Virus record (IMG/VR): IMGVR_UViG_3300008255_000011
Span: 1 to 62,814 of that record
Source: a virus
Lineage: Duplodnaviria; Caudoviricetes
Length of the DNA stretch: 62,814 nt
Reading direction: 5' to 3' (one strand)
Shown here: one piece after another, positions 35,462 through 45,440 of the stretch
Position numbering within the stretch: position 1 is the first letter of the stretch
Layout: every line of letters begins with the position of its first letter
Notes under the pieces: generated by a model
The model's database searches: none
Told to the model about the DNA's origin: nothing
Seen by the model: only the letters and a program-made list of their open reading frames with translations
Translations under genes and position numbers: made by a program

Positions 35462-36093
35462 CCAGGACTGAAGCACTCGCGTTCGTCTCGCGGCAGACGC
35501 AAGAGGCGCAATCGCGCGCGGAGAAGTTCCACTTCCAGGCCTACCGGCAGAGCCCGGAGTATGCCGCGGAGGCCGCACTCATCGGCTACCTGTCGGCGTT
35601 CTCTCCCGGGCCGGATCTACCAGACGGAATGCGGGCGGCGTGGATCGAGCGGCAGGCGCACGACCTCGCGAACCTGATCATGGCCCCGTTTTTACGGGAC
35701 GAGTTCCGCAGGGTGCCGCTCGGGTGGATCCACGACTCGATCCAGTCCGTCGGGAAGGTGGCGATGGCCGCGTTCCGTGAGGAGGCTCCTCCTGAGCAGA
35801 CCGAGGTCCAGAAGGCGCCTCAAGTGGGGATCTCCGAGTTCGCCGGCGACAAGTTCCCGCTGGTCTCTACGCCACCGGATGGCGCCCGCGAGGAGGACCT
35901 CGAGGAGGACTGCGAGGAGGACCTCGAGGAGGAATGGGCCGACGCCAGCGACCCGGCGGAGGGCATCGACGCGACGCAGCGTGCCATCGATCTAGCGGCC
36001 GAGCACCGGGTTGACCTTTCGCTCGTGGATGGAACGGGCGTCCGGGGGCGGGTGACTGCGGCGGACGTCGAGCGCTTCATGGATGGAACGTGA
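35458..36093 (+). CDS. Hypothetical protein with C-terminal E3-binding (peripheral subunit-binding) domain
   Basis: ATQRAIDLAAEHRVDLSLVDGTGVRGRVTAADVE. Confidence 0.75.
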   Translation: MTRTEALAFVSRQTQEAQSRAEKFHFQAYRQSPEYAAEAALIGYLSAFSPGPDLPDGMRAAWIERQAHDLANLIMAPFLRDEFRRVPLGWIHDSIQSVGKVAMAAFREEAPPEQTEVQKAPQVGISEFAGDKFPLVSTPPDGAREEDLEEDCEEDLEEEWADASDPAEGIDATQRAIDLAAEHRVDLSLVDGTGVRGRVTAADVERFMDGT

Positions 36094-36374
36094 AAGAGAT
36101 GGGTGCAAGGCACGGTCGGGTCCGGATGCTCCACTTCGATCCGTGCGTGCTTGTCGCCTGGATGAAGGACGGAAGGATCCCGGAAATGACCCTCATCTCG
36201 GAGCGGTTGCCCGAGGACGCGGTTATCGTCGGGTGCGGTTTCGATGTGAGCCGACAGCAGGTGGTTGTCGCGGTCGAGAGCCTTGAGTTCGACCTGGTGG
36301 CCAACAACGTCGGTGCCGGGATACCGCAGGTCGAGATACCCAGCTGGGGGCTGAGAGGAAGGAAGGAGGCGTGA
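36090..36374 (+). CDS. Hypothetical protein
   Basis: GTGA-coupled, 94 aa. Confidence 0.55.
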   Translation: MKEMGARHGRVRMLHFDPCVLVAWMKDGRIPEMTLISERLPEDAVIVGCGFDVSRQQVVVAVESLEFDLVANNVGAGIPQVEIPSWGLRGRKEA

Positions 36375-36610
36375 CGGTGTCCGATGCCCGCGAATCGTGC
36401 CGGCACGACGAGAGCGTGACGATCCATCCTGTCTCGCGGGGGCCGCGGACCACTGTGGAGTGCGACACGTGCGGAGCCCGGTGGGATGTCGACTCGGGGA
36501 TGGTCGTCCTGTGGAAGCTCATCCTCGACCGCCAGGAGTCGATCGTGGCGCAGATCATCGAGGACGACGGGGACGAGGAGGAGGAGGATGACGATGGTCA
36601 AGAAGCGTGA
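36371..36610 (+). CDS. Small Zn-ribbon hypothetical protein
   Basis: CRH...CDTCG; acidic tail. Confidence 0.55.
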   Translation: MTVSDARESCRHDESVTIHPVSRGPRTTVECDTCGARWDVDSGMVVLWKLILDRQESIVAQIIEDDGDEEEEDDDGQEA

Positions 36611-37883
36611 GAAGCAGCGGATGCGGAGGGCTCGGGGCCAGGAGCGGCCCGAGACAACGGAGTCTGTCCGCCGTCCGGAGACGGAGGCGCAGGATCCAGA
36701 GGAACTCTGGATCGCCTGGTGCCCGTCAGACGACGGCGGATGCGGGTGGTATCGCATGATCGACCCCGCCTGCGAGATCGATCCCGCGTTCCTCGCGCGC
36801 TGCGAGGACCCGAACCAGGCGTTGGAGGCCCCCCGGAGCAAGCGCCTGGCAACCTGCCTCCCGGGAGTCTCGGAGGCTCAAGTCGCGAGCTGCGACGTCG
36901 TGGTCTTCCAGCGGGTCTACGACCCTCAGACCCTCGACCGAATGGTCAGACTGAAGCGCCGGGGCCTCCTCGTGGTCTACGACCTGGACGACGCGATCTG
37001 GGCCCTCGGCCCGGAGTGCCTTTCTCCCGTCTACCCGGTCTTTATGCAGTCCGACCGAATGGAGTACCTGACCCTCTGCATGCAGGAGGCCGACCTGGTC
37101 ACCGTCTCCACGGAGGCACTCGCGGAGGAGGTCCGCCGATGGTGCCAGCACGTGGAGGTCTTGCCGAACCGGGTGAAGCTCGATAGGTGGGACAAGATCT
37201 CCTCCGTCCGCAGGTTCGGACGGATGGGGAAGGAGGTGGTAATCGGGTGGGCCGGGTCCGCCACGCACGAGCGCGACATGCGGATGATCCTCCCGGAACT
37301 CCAGGCCATCGACCGGGAGTTTGCCGGGCAGCTGCTCTGGCGGTTCATCGGGGACCACAAATCGGTCTGGCCCTGGTGCGAGGCACTGACCCAGAACGAG
37401 ACGGACGTCCACCCATGGACCCGATTCGAGGACTACCCGGGGCTGCTACGCGCCCTCGACCTGGACATCGGTATCGCGCCTCTCTGGCCGCACATCTTCA
37501 ACCTGTCGAAATCTCCGGTGAAGGCCTTCGAGTACTCCCTCGCCGGCGCCGCTGTCGTTGCGAGCGACTACGGCCCCTACTCGATCCTCCGGGACGGCAC
37601 GGACGCACTCCTCTGCCGGACGCCGGCGGACTGGGCGGCCGCGCTCCGGGCCCTCATCCTGGACGGAGAGCGTCGGAAGGCCATGTCCTCGTCCCTCGCA
37701 TCCCGGGTGCGGAGCGACTTCGCCATCGAGGGGGCCGGGCGTCGGTGGGTGGATGTCTACTGGAAGCACCTGCTCCGGGTCCGGGAGCAGGAGGAGCGGT
37801 GGCTCTTCCACTCGAGGCGGTGGGCGAGTCCCGCCCGACCGACGACGGTGGAGCGGATCGGGATGGTCGAGAGGAGGAACTGA
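36594..37883 (+). CDS. Glycosyltransferase, GT4-like
   Basis: GCGWYR, YDLDD, IGWAGSATH, DIGIAPL, KSPVKAFEYS. Confidence 0.85.
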   Translation: MVKKREKQRMRRARGQERPETTESVRRPETEAQDPEELWIAWCPSDDGGCGWYRMIDPACEIDPAFLARCEDPNQALEAPRSKRLATCLPGVSEAQVASCDVVVFQRVYDPQTLDRMVRLKRRGLLVVYDLDDAIWALGPECLSPVYPVFMQSDRMEYLTLCMQEADLVTVSTEALAEEVRRWCQHVEVLPNRVKLDRWDKISSVRRFGRMGKEVVIGWAGSATHERDMRMILPELQAIDREFAGQLLWRFIGDHKSVWPWCEALTQNETDVHPWTRFEDYPGLLRALDLDIGIAPLWPHIFNLSKSPVKAFEYSLAGAAVVASDYGPYSILRDGTDALLCRTPADWAAALRALILDGERRKAMSSSLASRVRSDFAIEGAGRRWVDVYWKHLLRVREQEERWLFHSRRWASPARPTTVERIGMVERRN

Positions 37884-37884
37884 G

Positions 37885-39213
37885 ATGGTGCCCAAGGTCG
37901 AACATCGGCGCATGAAGGTCGCGAACCTGACGCCCTCGGACTACAACCCCCGCACGATCACGGAGGAGGCGCTGGCCGGTCTCCGTGCCTCGATGGGCCG
38001 ATTCGGGCTGGTCCAGCCCGTCGTCTGGAACCGCCGGACGGGGCGCGTGGTGGGGGGGCACCAGCGGCTGAAGGTGCTTCTCGCGGACGGAGTCGATCAG
38101 ACCAACGTCGTGATCGTGGACCTGCCCGAGAGCGAGGAGAAGGCCCTGAACGTGGCCCTCAACTCGCCGGCGATCGCCGGGACCTTCACTGACGAGCTCG
38201 ACGCGCTCCTGGCGGAGATACACGCCCACGAGCCGGATCTGTTCGATGAGCTGCTCCTCCACGAGCTGGCAAGCTCGCTGCTCCGCGACACCCTGGCGGG
38301 GACCGAGGGGCTGACGGATCCGGACCAGGTCCCGGAGCCCCCGGACGAGGCTACCTCCCTCCGCGGGGAGATCTACCAGCTAGGGAAGCACAGGCTTCTC
38401 TGCGGCGACTCAGGGAGCCCTGAGGACGTGGACCGGCTCCTCGGGGGAATGCGGATCCACCTCGTGAACAGCGACCCTCCGTACAACGTGAAGGTCGAAC
38501 CGCGGTCGAACAACGCGATCGCCGCCGGGCTTTCCTCCTTCTCCGGTACGACCCACCACCAGAAGCTCGACGTCACGCGGCACCCCGAGAAGGCGAAGCC
38601 GACGGGGAAGATGCGAGCGAAGGACCGGCCCCTCGAGAACGACTTCATTTCGGGGGAGGCCTTCGACGCCATGCTGACCGCCTGGTTCGGCAACATGGCA
38701 CGGGTCCTCGAACCGGGGCGCGGCTTCTACATCTGGGGGGGCTATGCGAACCTCGGGAACTACCCCGCCCCCCTGAAGGCCTCCGGCCTCTACTTCAGCC
38801 AGGCGATCGTGTGGGACAAGCAACACCCCGTCCTCACGAGGAAAGACATGATGGGCTGTTTCGAGCTCTACTTTTACGGGTGGAAGGAAGGCGCCGCCCA
38901 CAGGTACTTCGGCCCTCCCAACGCCACGGACCTCTGGCATCTGAAGAAGGTGAACCCGCAGTCCATGGTCCACCTGACCGAGAAGCCGGTGGAGCTGGCG
39001 ACACGGGCGATGGAGTACTCCTCGCTCCCGGGGGAGAACGTCCTCGACCTGTTCGGCGGGAGCGGATCTACCCTCATCGGCGCGGAGAAGATCGGCCGCA
39101 TCGCCTACCTGATGGAGATCGACACCCCCTACTGCGACGTGATCCGACAGCGGTGGGCGGAGTTCGTCCACGGCCCCGGCTGCGACTGGAAGGCTCTTAC
39201 CCCCGTGGCATGA
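37885..39213 (+). CDS. ParB-like N-terminal domain fused to a DNA adenine/N4-C methyltransferase
   Basis: YNPR, VGGHQRL; SDPPY; H.TEKPVEL; VLDLFGGSGS. Confidence 0.9.
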   Translation: MVPKVEHRRMKVANLTPSDYNPRTITEEALAGLRASMGRFGLVQPVVWNRRTGRVVGGHQRLKVLLADGVDQTNVVIVDLPESEEKALNVALNSPAIAGTFTDELDALLAEIHAHEPDLFDELLLHELASSLLRDTLAGTEGLTDPDQVPEPPDEATSLRGEIYQLGKHRLLCGDSGSPEDVDRLLGGMRIHLVNSDPPYNVKVEPRSNNAIAAGLSSFSGTTHHQKLDVTRHPEKAKPTGKMRAKDRPLENDFISGEAFDAMLTAWFGNMARVLEPGRGFYIWGGYANLGNYPAPLKASGLYFSQAIVWDKQHPVLTRKDMMGCFELYFYGWKEGAAHRYFGPPNATDLWHLKKVNPQSMVHLTEKPVELATRAMEYSSLPGENVLDLFGGSGSTLIGAEKIGRIAYLMEIDTPYCDVIRQRWAEFVHGPGCDWKALTPVA

Positions 39214-40130
39214 GCAAACCTACCGCATCAGTTCCGGACTGGAACCCCGACCAAGCCGCGGAGCTGCTTCGTGCGCTCCGTGCCGGCGCCTTCCTCGAGG
39301 ACGCTGCCGCCTTCGCGGGGCTTTCCCCCGACGACCTCCGGGCCTGGGTGGACGCCGGCACTGCGGAGCCACAGAGCCCGTTCGGACTGCTTCTGGTGTC
39401 CGTTCGGAAGGCCCGGGTCGACCTCCGGGTGGCGAACCTCGCGCAACGGACAAAGGCAGCGCAGGCAGGGAACGTCGCGGCGGCCCGCTTTCTCCTGCAG
39501 CAGGCGGAGGGTGACCAGGAGTCGATCCGGCCGGAGCACCAGCCGGCACCTCGGAGTGGCGCGGCCCCGAAGCTCGCGATACCAGGGAAGACCTTCGCCG
39601 AGCAGATCCGCACCGGCCGCATGGATCCGAAGGACCTGGATGCTGAGCAGCGGCGCCAGTGCGTCCTCTGGCTGGAATCGCGGGGAATGCAGCGGGAACG
39701 GATGGCGGAGTTCCTCGGTGTTTCCCGCCGAACGCTCCTCAAAGACCTCCACGAGATCGGGAAGGAGCTGGAGGACTCCGGGTACGACGTCACAGCCATC
39801 CTCGGCTGGATCTCTCGCACCGTCGATCACGTCCAGGCTCAGGCACGGCGGGTTGCGGCGAAGGCGGAGCGGGACAAGGAGTACGCGGCGGCCGCGAGCA
39901 GTCTTTGGAAGTGCTGGCGGGCGGTGAAGGAGTACGTCGACACCCTTCAGTCTCTCGGTCTACTTCCGAAAGCCGCGGACAAGGTGCAGATCGACGTCCG
40001 GGTCGAGGAGCGGGTGAAGGTGATCTACAGCATCGTGGTGCAGGCCGTTCTCGCCGAGGTGACCGATTCCGCGACACGGCAGCGCATCGAGGAGAGGGTG
40101 ACGCGTGAGCTGGGCGAAACTCTGGTCTGA
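39210..40130 (+). CDS. Putative terminase small subunit (HTH-containing)
   Basis: Immediately upstream of the large terminase; HTH MAEFLGVSRRTL. Confidence 0.6.
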   Translation: MSKPTASVPDWNPDQAAELLRALRAGAFLEDAAAFAGLSPDDLRAWVDAGTAEPQSPFGLLLVSVRKARVDLRVANLAQRTKAAQAGNVAAARFLLQQAEGDQESIRPEHQPAPRSGAAPKLAIPGKTFAEQIRTGRMDPKDLDAEQRRQCVLWLESRGMQRERMAEFLGVSRRTLLKDLHEIGKELEDSGYDVTAILGWISRTVDHVQAQARRVAAKAERDKEYAAAASSLWKCWRAVKEYVDTLQSLGLLPKAADKVQIDVRVEERVKVIYSIVVQAVLAEVTDSATRQRIEERVTRELGETLV

Positions 40131-41916
40131 GACCTGGCGCGAGCGGGCCGGAGAGCCGGGGCGGCCTCCGACCTGGTCGCCGGCATGGCAGTACGCGACG
40201 GAGTACCACCTGACTCCGCGGAACGAGCCCATGTCATTCGTGGGGCGCCACTACCTCGAGGAGCCCTACAGGATCCTCACGCCAGAGTTCCTTGCGCACC
40301 GGGAGATCAACTTCATGAAGAGCCCCCAGGTGGGGGTGTCCGAGATGATGATCTGCATGATCCTCGGTCTGGCAGGGGAGATGGGCTGGCGGATCCTCTA
40401 CATCCTCGACACCTTCAATACGCGGAACCGGTTCGTCCAGGACCGGATCGACAAGCCCCTCCGGCGGGTCCCGCACTACCGGCAGATGACCCACACGGGG
40501 AGGGGAGGCGCCGACAATCTGGCGAACAAGGACTTCGGCCGAGGAGTGATCGTCTTCGCGGGGAGCAACACTGAGGGGCAGTTCATCGAGTACTCGGCGG
40601 ACCAGGTCGTGAACGACGAGCTGGACCGGTGCGACCAGGACAACGTGGCTATGGCAGTGGACCGGCTCCAGGCGGAGGGGATTTCGAGGGGCTCCCTGGT
40701 AAACCTTTCCTCGCCGACCTACGAAGGCTTCGGGATCGCGCTCCGCTTCGCGAACTCGACCCGCCACCGGTACTGCCGTCCTTGCCCGGATTGTGGGGAG
40801 TCCTCCGAGTTCTCCTGGCTCGGCTGCGTCGCGGAGCAGCGCGACACGGACTTTGAGCTTTTCGACCGAGACTGGAGCCCGGAGCTCGAACGCGACATCC
40901 GGGCCTACTGCCCACTCTGCGGCGCTGTCCTGGACAGGGATCTGCTTGGGGAGTGGATCCCCACTGACCCCGGTGCCATGGCCGTCGGGTACCACATCCC
41001 GAAGCTCATCGACGGGCGGGTCCAGCTGCGGGCTGCGTGGGAGGACTGGCAGATCTCCCGCGGGAACAGCCGCCGGCGTGAGCTGTGGTGGAACCGGTGG
41101 CCAGGAATGCCCCACACCGAGGCCGGGTCGAGACTCACGGAGCCGATTCTCGCCCGGGCGGCTGGGGACTACCTGATGCCGGCCTCGTGCGACGGGCCTT
41201 GCGTCGCTGGCCTCGACGTGGGGAAGGGGCAGCTTCACGTCCACGTGACCGACGAGAGCGAGTTCCCGGCCCGGACAGTGTTCCTGGGGCAGATTCCGGT
41301 CAGGCTCGAGGAGGTCATCGCGATCTGCAGGAGGTACGGCGTCCGGCAGCTCGTCTTCGACGCTGATCCGGAGACGAACATGATCTCCGCCTGGTGCGAG
41401 TTCCTTCGCCGCCAGCGGCCGACGATCAAGGCCTGGCGGTGCCGGTATGCGGAGGACCAGCTCGGGGAGATGGCGATCGACCACGTCGAGCACATCGTGA
41501 AGCCGGACCGGACGATGAGTCTCGACACCTCAGGGGAGGACTTCACCGCTGATGTGCCCCGGGTCCTGCTGCCGGCGGACTTCAGGACGATCGACGGCGG
41601 GGCGTTCGTCGAGCAGATGGGGAGGCCGGTCCGGGTAATCGAGGAGCGCCGGGGCCGGGCGGTGGCGGTGTGGAAGAAGAACCCGCCGGAGGACTACCGC
41701 CACGCGGTCAACTACTCCCGCGTCGCGCGAGAACTGTACGAGCGGTTCGGCGGGGGGAGCCGAGGGACGATTTCCGGCGGCGGACGGGTGACCTACGGAG
41801 GGACCGTCGCCCCGCCCGCGGCGCCCGGGACGAAGCCGGTGGGGCCGGTCGCTCCGCCGAAGCGGAAGGGGAAGGCGAGGATCGTGGGGTCACCGGGGAA
41901 CCGGATGCCTCAGTAA
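40105..41916 (+). CDS. Terminase large subunit, lambda GpA-like
   Basis: KSPQVGVSE, NDELDR, SSPT, CPDCG...CPLCG, GLDVG. Confidence 0.85.
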   Translation: MSWAKLWSETWRERAGEPGRPPTWSPAWQYATEYHLTPRNEPMSFVGRHYLEEPYRILTPEFLAHREINFMKSPQVGVSEMMICMILGLAGEMGWRILYILDTFNTRNRFVQDRIDKPLRRVPHYRQMTHTGRGGADNLANKDFGRGVIVFAGSNTEGQFIEYSADQVVNDELDRCDQDNVAMAVDRLQAEGISRGSLVNLSSPTYEGFGIALRFANSTRHRYCRPCPDCGESSEFSWLGCVAEQRDTDFELFDRDWSPELERDIRAYCPLCGAVLDRDLLGEWIPTDPGAMAVGYHIPKLIDGRVQLRAAWEDWQISRGNSRRRELWWNRWPGMPHTEAGSRLTEPILARAAGDYLMPASCDGPCVAGLDVGKGQLHVHVTDESEFPARTVFLGQIPVRLEEVIAICRRYGVRQLVFDADPETNMISAWCEFLRRQRPTIKAWRCRYAEDQLGEMAIDHVEHIVKPDRTMSLDTSGEDFTADVPRVLLPADFRTIDGGAFVEQMGRPVRVIEERRGRAVAVWKKNPPEDYRHAVNYSRVARELYERFGGGSRGTISGGGRVTYGGTVAPPAAPGTKPVGPVAPPKRKGKARIVGSPGNRMPQ

Positions 41917-41925
41917 GGAGGGAAC

Positions 41926-42750
41926 ATGCCTGAGCGAGGGAAGTACCAGTTCTTCGCGGACCTCCGGGACGAGGAGTACTCCGCGCTCCGGGAGGACATC
42001 CGGAAGCGTGGCGTCCTGATCCCGGTGGAAGTGGACGAGGCGGGTGAGGTGCTCGATGGCCACAACCGCCTGCGGATCGCGGCGGAGCTCGGCATCGAGT
42101 GCCCGCGGGTCGTCCGCGTCTTCGGGACGGAGGAGGAGAAGCGCGAGCACGCGCTGAAGATGAACCTCCTCCGCCGGAACCTGGACGCCGTGTCGTGGGC
42201 GGAGGCGTTCGCCGAAGTGGCGAAGTCGCGGGGCGTGCGGCTCGGATCCCAGGGGCGCCAGGAAGTGAAAACGGCCACTGTGGCCGTTTTAGCGCAAGAG
42301 CTTGGCGTTCCTGAACGTACGGCGCGCCGGCGGCTCGAAACGCTCAAGCTCCCGAACCCCATCCGGGAGGCCGTGCGCGCCGGCGAGATCTCGCCCGCCG
42401 AGGCCGTCCGGAAGCACGCCCGGGATGAGAAGCGCCGGGTCCGCGTGCCGCGGATGACTCCACCGAAGCCGGACCCGAACCAGCAGCGCCGGGAACTCAT
42501 CCTGTGGGAGCGCATCAACAACGGCGACGTCCTTCTCAGGGTCTACCTCCCCGACGGGACACCCGTCGACGGCTGTCCCTCTGTGGCCCTGGTCGACAAG
42601 ATCAAGGGCATCCAGGGCCAGCCCATCCCGGCGAAGGAGGCCCTGCTCCGGCTGCGTGGATGGTGGGAGAAGCCCCCGACCCGGGATCACAAGTACGTCC
42701 CCATACCAACGAGCATGCGCGCCGCGCTGAAGGCGGAGGGCCTGCTGTAG
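41926..42750 (+). CDS. ParB-like nuclease domain protein
   Basis: LREDIRKRGVLIPV..VLDGHNRLRIA. Confidence 0.75.
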   Translation: MPERGKYQFFADLRDEEYSALREDIRKRGVLIPVEVDEAGEVLDGHNRLRIAAELGIECPRVVRVFGTEEEKREHALKMNLLRRNLDAVSWAEAFAEVAKSRGVRLGSQGRQEVKTATVAVLAQELGVPERTARRRLETLKLPNPIREAVRAGEISPAEAVRKHARDEKRRVRVPRMTPPKPDPNQQRRELILWERINNGDVLLRVYLPDGTPVDGCPSVALVDKIKGIQGQPIPAKEALLRLRGWWEKPPTRDHKYVPIPTSMRAALKAEGLL

Positions 42751-42752
42751 TG

Positions 42753-42780
42753 CCGAAGTTCGGAGCGTGGACCACGCTCC
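42753..42780 (+). promoter_or_regulatory. Dispersed late motif copy plus hairpin before the portal gene
   Basis: CCGAAGTTCGG; inverted repeat GGAGCGTGG/CCACGCTCC. Confidence 0.65.
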
Positions 42781-45379
42781 CGTCAGCTCCGGTTTCATCG
42801 GCCCTCTCGCCCGCCAGGCCGCCGACCTCGCCCGCAAGCGCCCCGACATGAGGAGACGGATTGCTCCGGCGGGTTTCGGAGGAAGCCTCACCTCGGGGAT
42901 CTGGAGCGACGTGGCAGGCCTCGCCCGGCAGTCACGGAGCGGCCAGCTCCCGATGGACATCCTCTTCCGGATGCGGCTCGACCCGCAGATCCGGATCGGG
43001 CTCCGGTTCTTGAAGGCGCCGCTCGCCACCGCGAGCTTCTGGATCGAATCGGACGACCCGGCGGAGGAGGCCCTCCTCACCGAGATCGTCGTGAATCGGC
43101 TGATCCGGCGTCTCCTCCGCACGAGCACCCTTGCCTACGACTTCGGCTTCGCAGCCCACGAACTATCCTGCCGGGTGGACGACGTGAAGGTCTCGGTCCC
43201 GGGATCGGAGGGGAAGGAGAGCGAGCAGGTCTTCTCGGACGTCTTCCTGATCCACTCCGCGAACGCGATCAGCCCGGACCGGGTGACGGTTCTGCGGCGG
43301 CCCGGGACCTTCAGCTTCGCGGGCCTCGCGGTCGCCCAGGACGGAGGCGAAGTCCTCCTCGGGCCTGAACAGGTCTTCGTCTTTTCGAACGAGTCGGAGT
43401 TCGGGGACCTCTACGGCCGGCCGCGGATCCACTCCGCCTATGAGCCGTGGTACGACGGACAGGTCCTCCGATTCGCGTGGAGCCGCTACATCGAGATGAG
43501 CGGTGCTCCCCAGGTGAAGGCGTGGATCCCAACAGACGAGGACGTGTTCGATGGGAACGGCAACCCAGTCGAGGACCCTGTAGCCTACTTCGGAGCCATC
43601 CTCCCGGACGTGATCAAGTCCAGCTCGGTGATCGCCCTCGACGGCACGATCGACCCGGTCTCGAAACTCCGGAAGTGGGACCTCGAGTACATGCAGATCG
43701 ACTCGAGGAAGGACGAGTTTCAGGGGCGTCAGGCGGAGGTGGATGTGAAGAAGCTTCGCGCCCTGTGCGTGCCGGAGCGCGTCGCCACGCAGGACCAGTC
43801 GACGGGTTCCTACGGCATGTCCGAAACGCACCTGGACGTCCACCTGCAGGGCCTGAACGAGGACCTCGACGCGTTCGTGGACGAGGTGAACGACCACCTC
43901 CTTTCCGACCTTATGCGGGTGAACGACCTCCGCGGGAAGGTGCAGCTACGGACGACCGGGATCTCCCGGGAGAGCCGGGAGGTGCTCCTCAAGGTCTACG
44001 AGAAGATCACGGACGCCGAACTTGCAGCAGCTGAGGGCAGGATCACTCCGGATGCGGTGGAGAACCTCACGACGGCGATGGTCGATGCGGAGAAGCTCCT
44101 CGCGGGCCTTCGGGTGCCGGTGGTCCGGGGGCGCCCGCGGCCTGTCGAGATCAAGGGCCGGCCCGGGCAGGCGACCACGAAGGAGGCGAAGGGAGCGCCG
44201 GAGACGGGCCGGACCGGCGGGGCGGGCGCGGCTGCGACCGGGCGGAAGCAGCTGTCGAGGCGGGCAAGTCTCGCAAGCTCGGGGCCGATCATTGACATCT
44301 CCGAGCTGGAGGACCTGTTCAGTGGCTTCCTCGTGGCGGAAGAGGCCCTGCTCGCGGACCTGTCTGAGCCCTACCGCCGGGAAATCGAGAGCACGGAGAA
44401 GGGGGTCCGGGGCATCGCGCTCCTTGCCCTCCTCCGGGCTCGGAGGCAGCGGGTGGATGGGACCGCGATCCCACCGACGAACCGCTTCAACGGACTCGGC
44501 TACGGCGCCGACGGCAAGCTCCTCCCGCTCCGGACGATCGCCAAGAACCACGACAAGATCGTCGCCGCGGCGAAGGAGATCCTCCCATCTCTTGACGGCA
44601 CTACCCTCGTCCAGCAGGGGAACAAGGGCCTTGTCGCCCGCACCACCCGGGAGATCGAGGGGACGATCCGGGATCTGCTTGCGGACCTCCGGGAGATCCG
44701 CCCCCCTGGCGAGTATCTCGACCGGGCCCGGAAGCTCGCCGGCGACCAGTTCGACCGGGCGGCGGACGTCCTCGACATCGAGCCGGGCCCCCTCGCGGAG
44801 AAGGCCCGCGTGCCGGTACCGGATGGGGGCCTGCCTTCGCTTCCGAAGGACGATCTCTCCGCGGAGGAGAGGGAACTCGTCCGGATCGAAGAGACGAACG
44901 AGGACGGCTTCGACCGCAACGTGGAGAACATCACGATCCGCGGAAACCGCCACGTCGCGGAGATCGTGGGGAACGCTTTCTTCACGAACCGCCGTTTGGC
45001 GAAGGGCATGGGGATCCTCGACGAGCTCCTCGAGTGGCACCTCCACCCGAACTACACAGACCTCACCCTCGAGGCCCACTTCAGGGCCGTCTACCGAAAG
45101 GTCTGGCTCGAGCTCGCCCGCGAGGCGGGGCTCCGGTACTTCGTGCAGATCCACCCCCCGATCACTGTGCAGGGCGAGGACGCGAACTGCCGAGGCTATG
45201 ACGGCCGGATCGGAAGCTACGACGACTGGGGGCGTATCGGGGAGAAGAAGTTCAACACCGCGGACCCGCTCGACCAGTTCGGGATGCACCACGGCTGCCG
45301 GGCCTTCTGGTTCCCTGTGCCGGCCGAGACGGTGGTCGCGGCCCTGAAGGACGCCGAACCAGGAGCCCTTCTGCTGTGA
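42767..45379 (+). CDS. Portal protein (Mu gp29/DUF935-like) fused to a minor head (gpF-like) domain; start may be 42848
   Basis: GFAAHEL, LYGRPRI, GSYGMSETH; C-terminal HHGCRAFWFP. Confidence 0.72.
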   Translation: MDHAPVSSGFIGPLARQAADLARKRPDMRRRIAPAGFGGSLTSGIWSDVAGLARQSRSGQLPMDILFRMRLDPQIRIGLRFLKAPLATASFWIESDDPAEEALLTEIVVNRLIRRLLRTSTLAYDFGFAAHELSCRVDDVKVSVPGSEGKESEQVFSDVFLIHSANAISPDRVTVLRRPGTFSFAGLAVAQDGGEVLLGPEQVFVFSNESEFGDLYGRPRIHSAYEPWYDGQVLRFAWSRYIEMSGAPQVKAWIPTDEDVFDGNGNPVEDPVAYFGAILPDVIKSSSVIALDGTIDPVSKLRKWDLEYMQIDSRKDEFQGRQAEVDVKKLRALCVPERVATQDQSTGSYGMSETHLDVHLQGLNEDLDAFVDEVNDHLLSDLMRVNDLRGKVQLRTTGISRESREVLLKVYEKITDAELAAAEGRITPDAVENLTTAMVDAEKLLAGLRVPVVRGRPRPVEIKGRPGQATTKEAKGAPETGRTGGAGAAATGRKQLSRRASLASSGPIIDISELEDLFSGFLVAEEALLADLSEPYRREIESTEKGVRGIALLALLRARRQRVDGTAIPPTNRFNGLGYGADGKLLPLRTIAKNHDKIVAAAKEILPSLDGTTLVQQGNKGLVARTTREIEGTIRDLLADLREIRPPGEYLDRARKLAGDQFDRAADVLDIEPGPLAEKARVPVPDGGLPSLPKDDLSAEERELVRIEETNEDGFDRNVENITIRGNRHVAEIVGNAFFTNRRLAKGMGILDELLEWHLHPNYTDLTLEAHFRAVYRKVWLELAREAGLRYFVQIHPPITVQGEDANCRGYDGRIGSYDDWGRIGEKKFNTADPLDQFGMHHGCRAFWFPVPAETVVAALKDAEPGALLL

Positions 45380-45382
45380 GAG

Positions 45383-45426
45383 TGCCCGCCCGCGCAGCGC
45401 TTCCGCGCCGAAGTTCGGAACGAACC
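45383..45426 (+). promoter_or_regulatory. Dispersed late motif copy (TGCCCG-N20-CGAAGTTCGG)
   Basis: Intergenic, before the protease gene. Confidence 0.7.
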
Positions 45427-45440
45427 CGAGGAGTTGCCTC

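Noticed and set aside
41926-42750. Plasmid partition system
   Set aside because: No ParA or parS seen; ParB-like domains near terminases are common in phages
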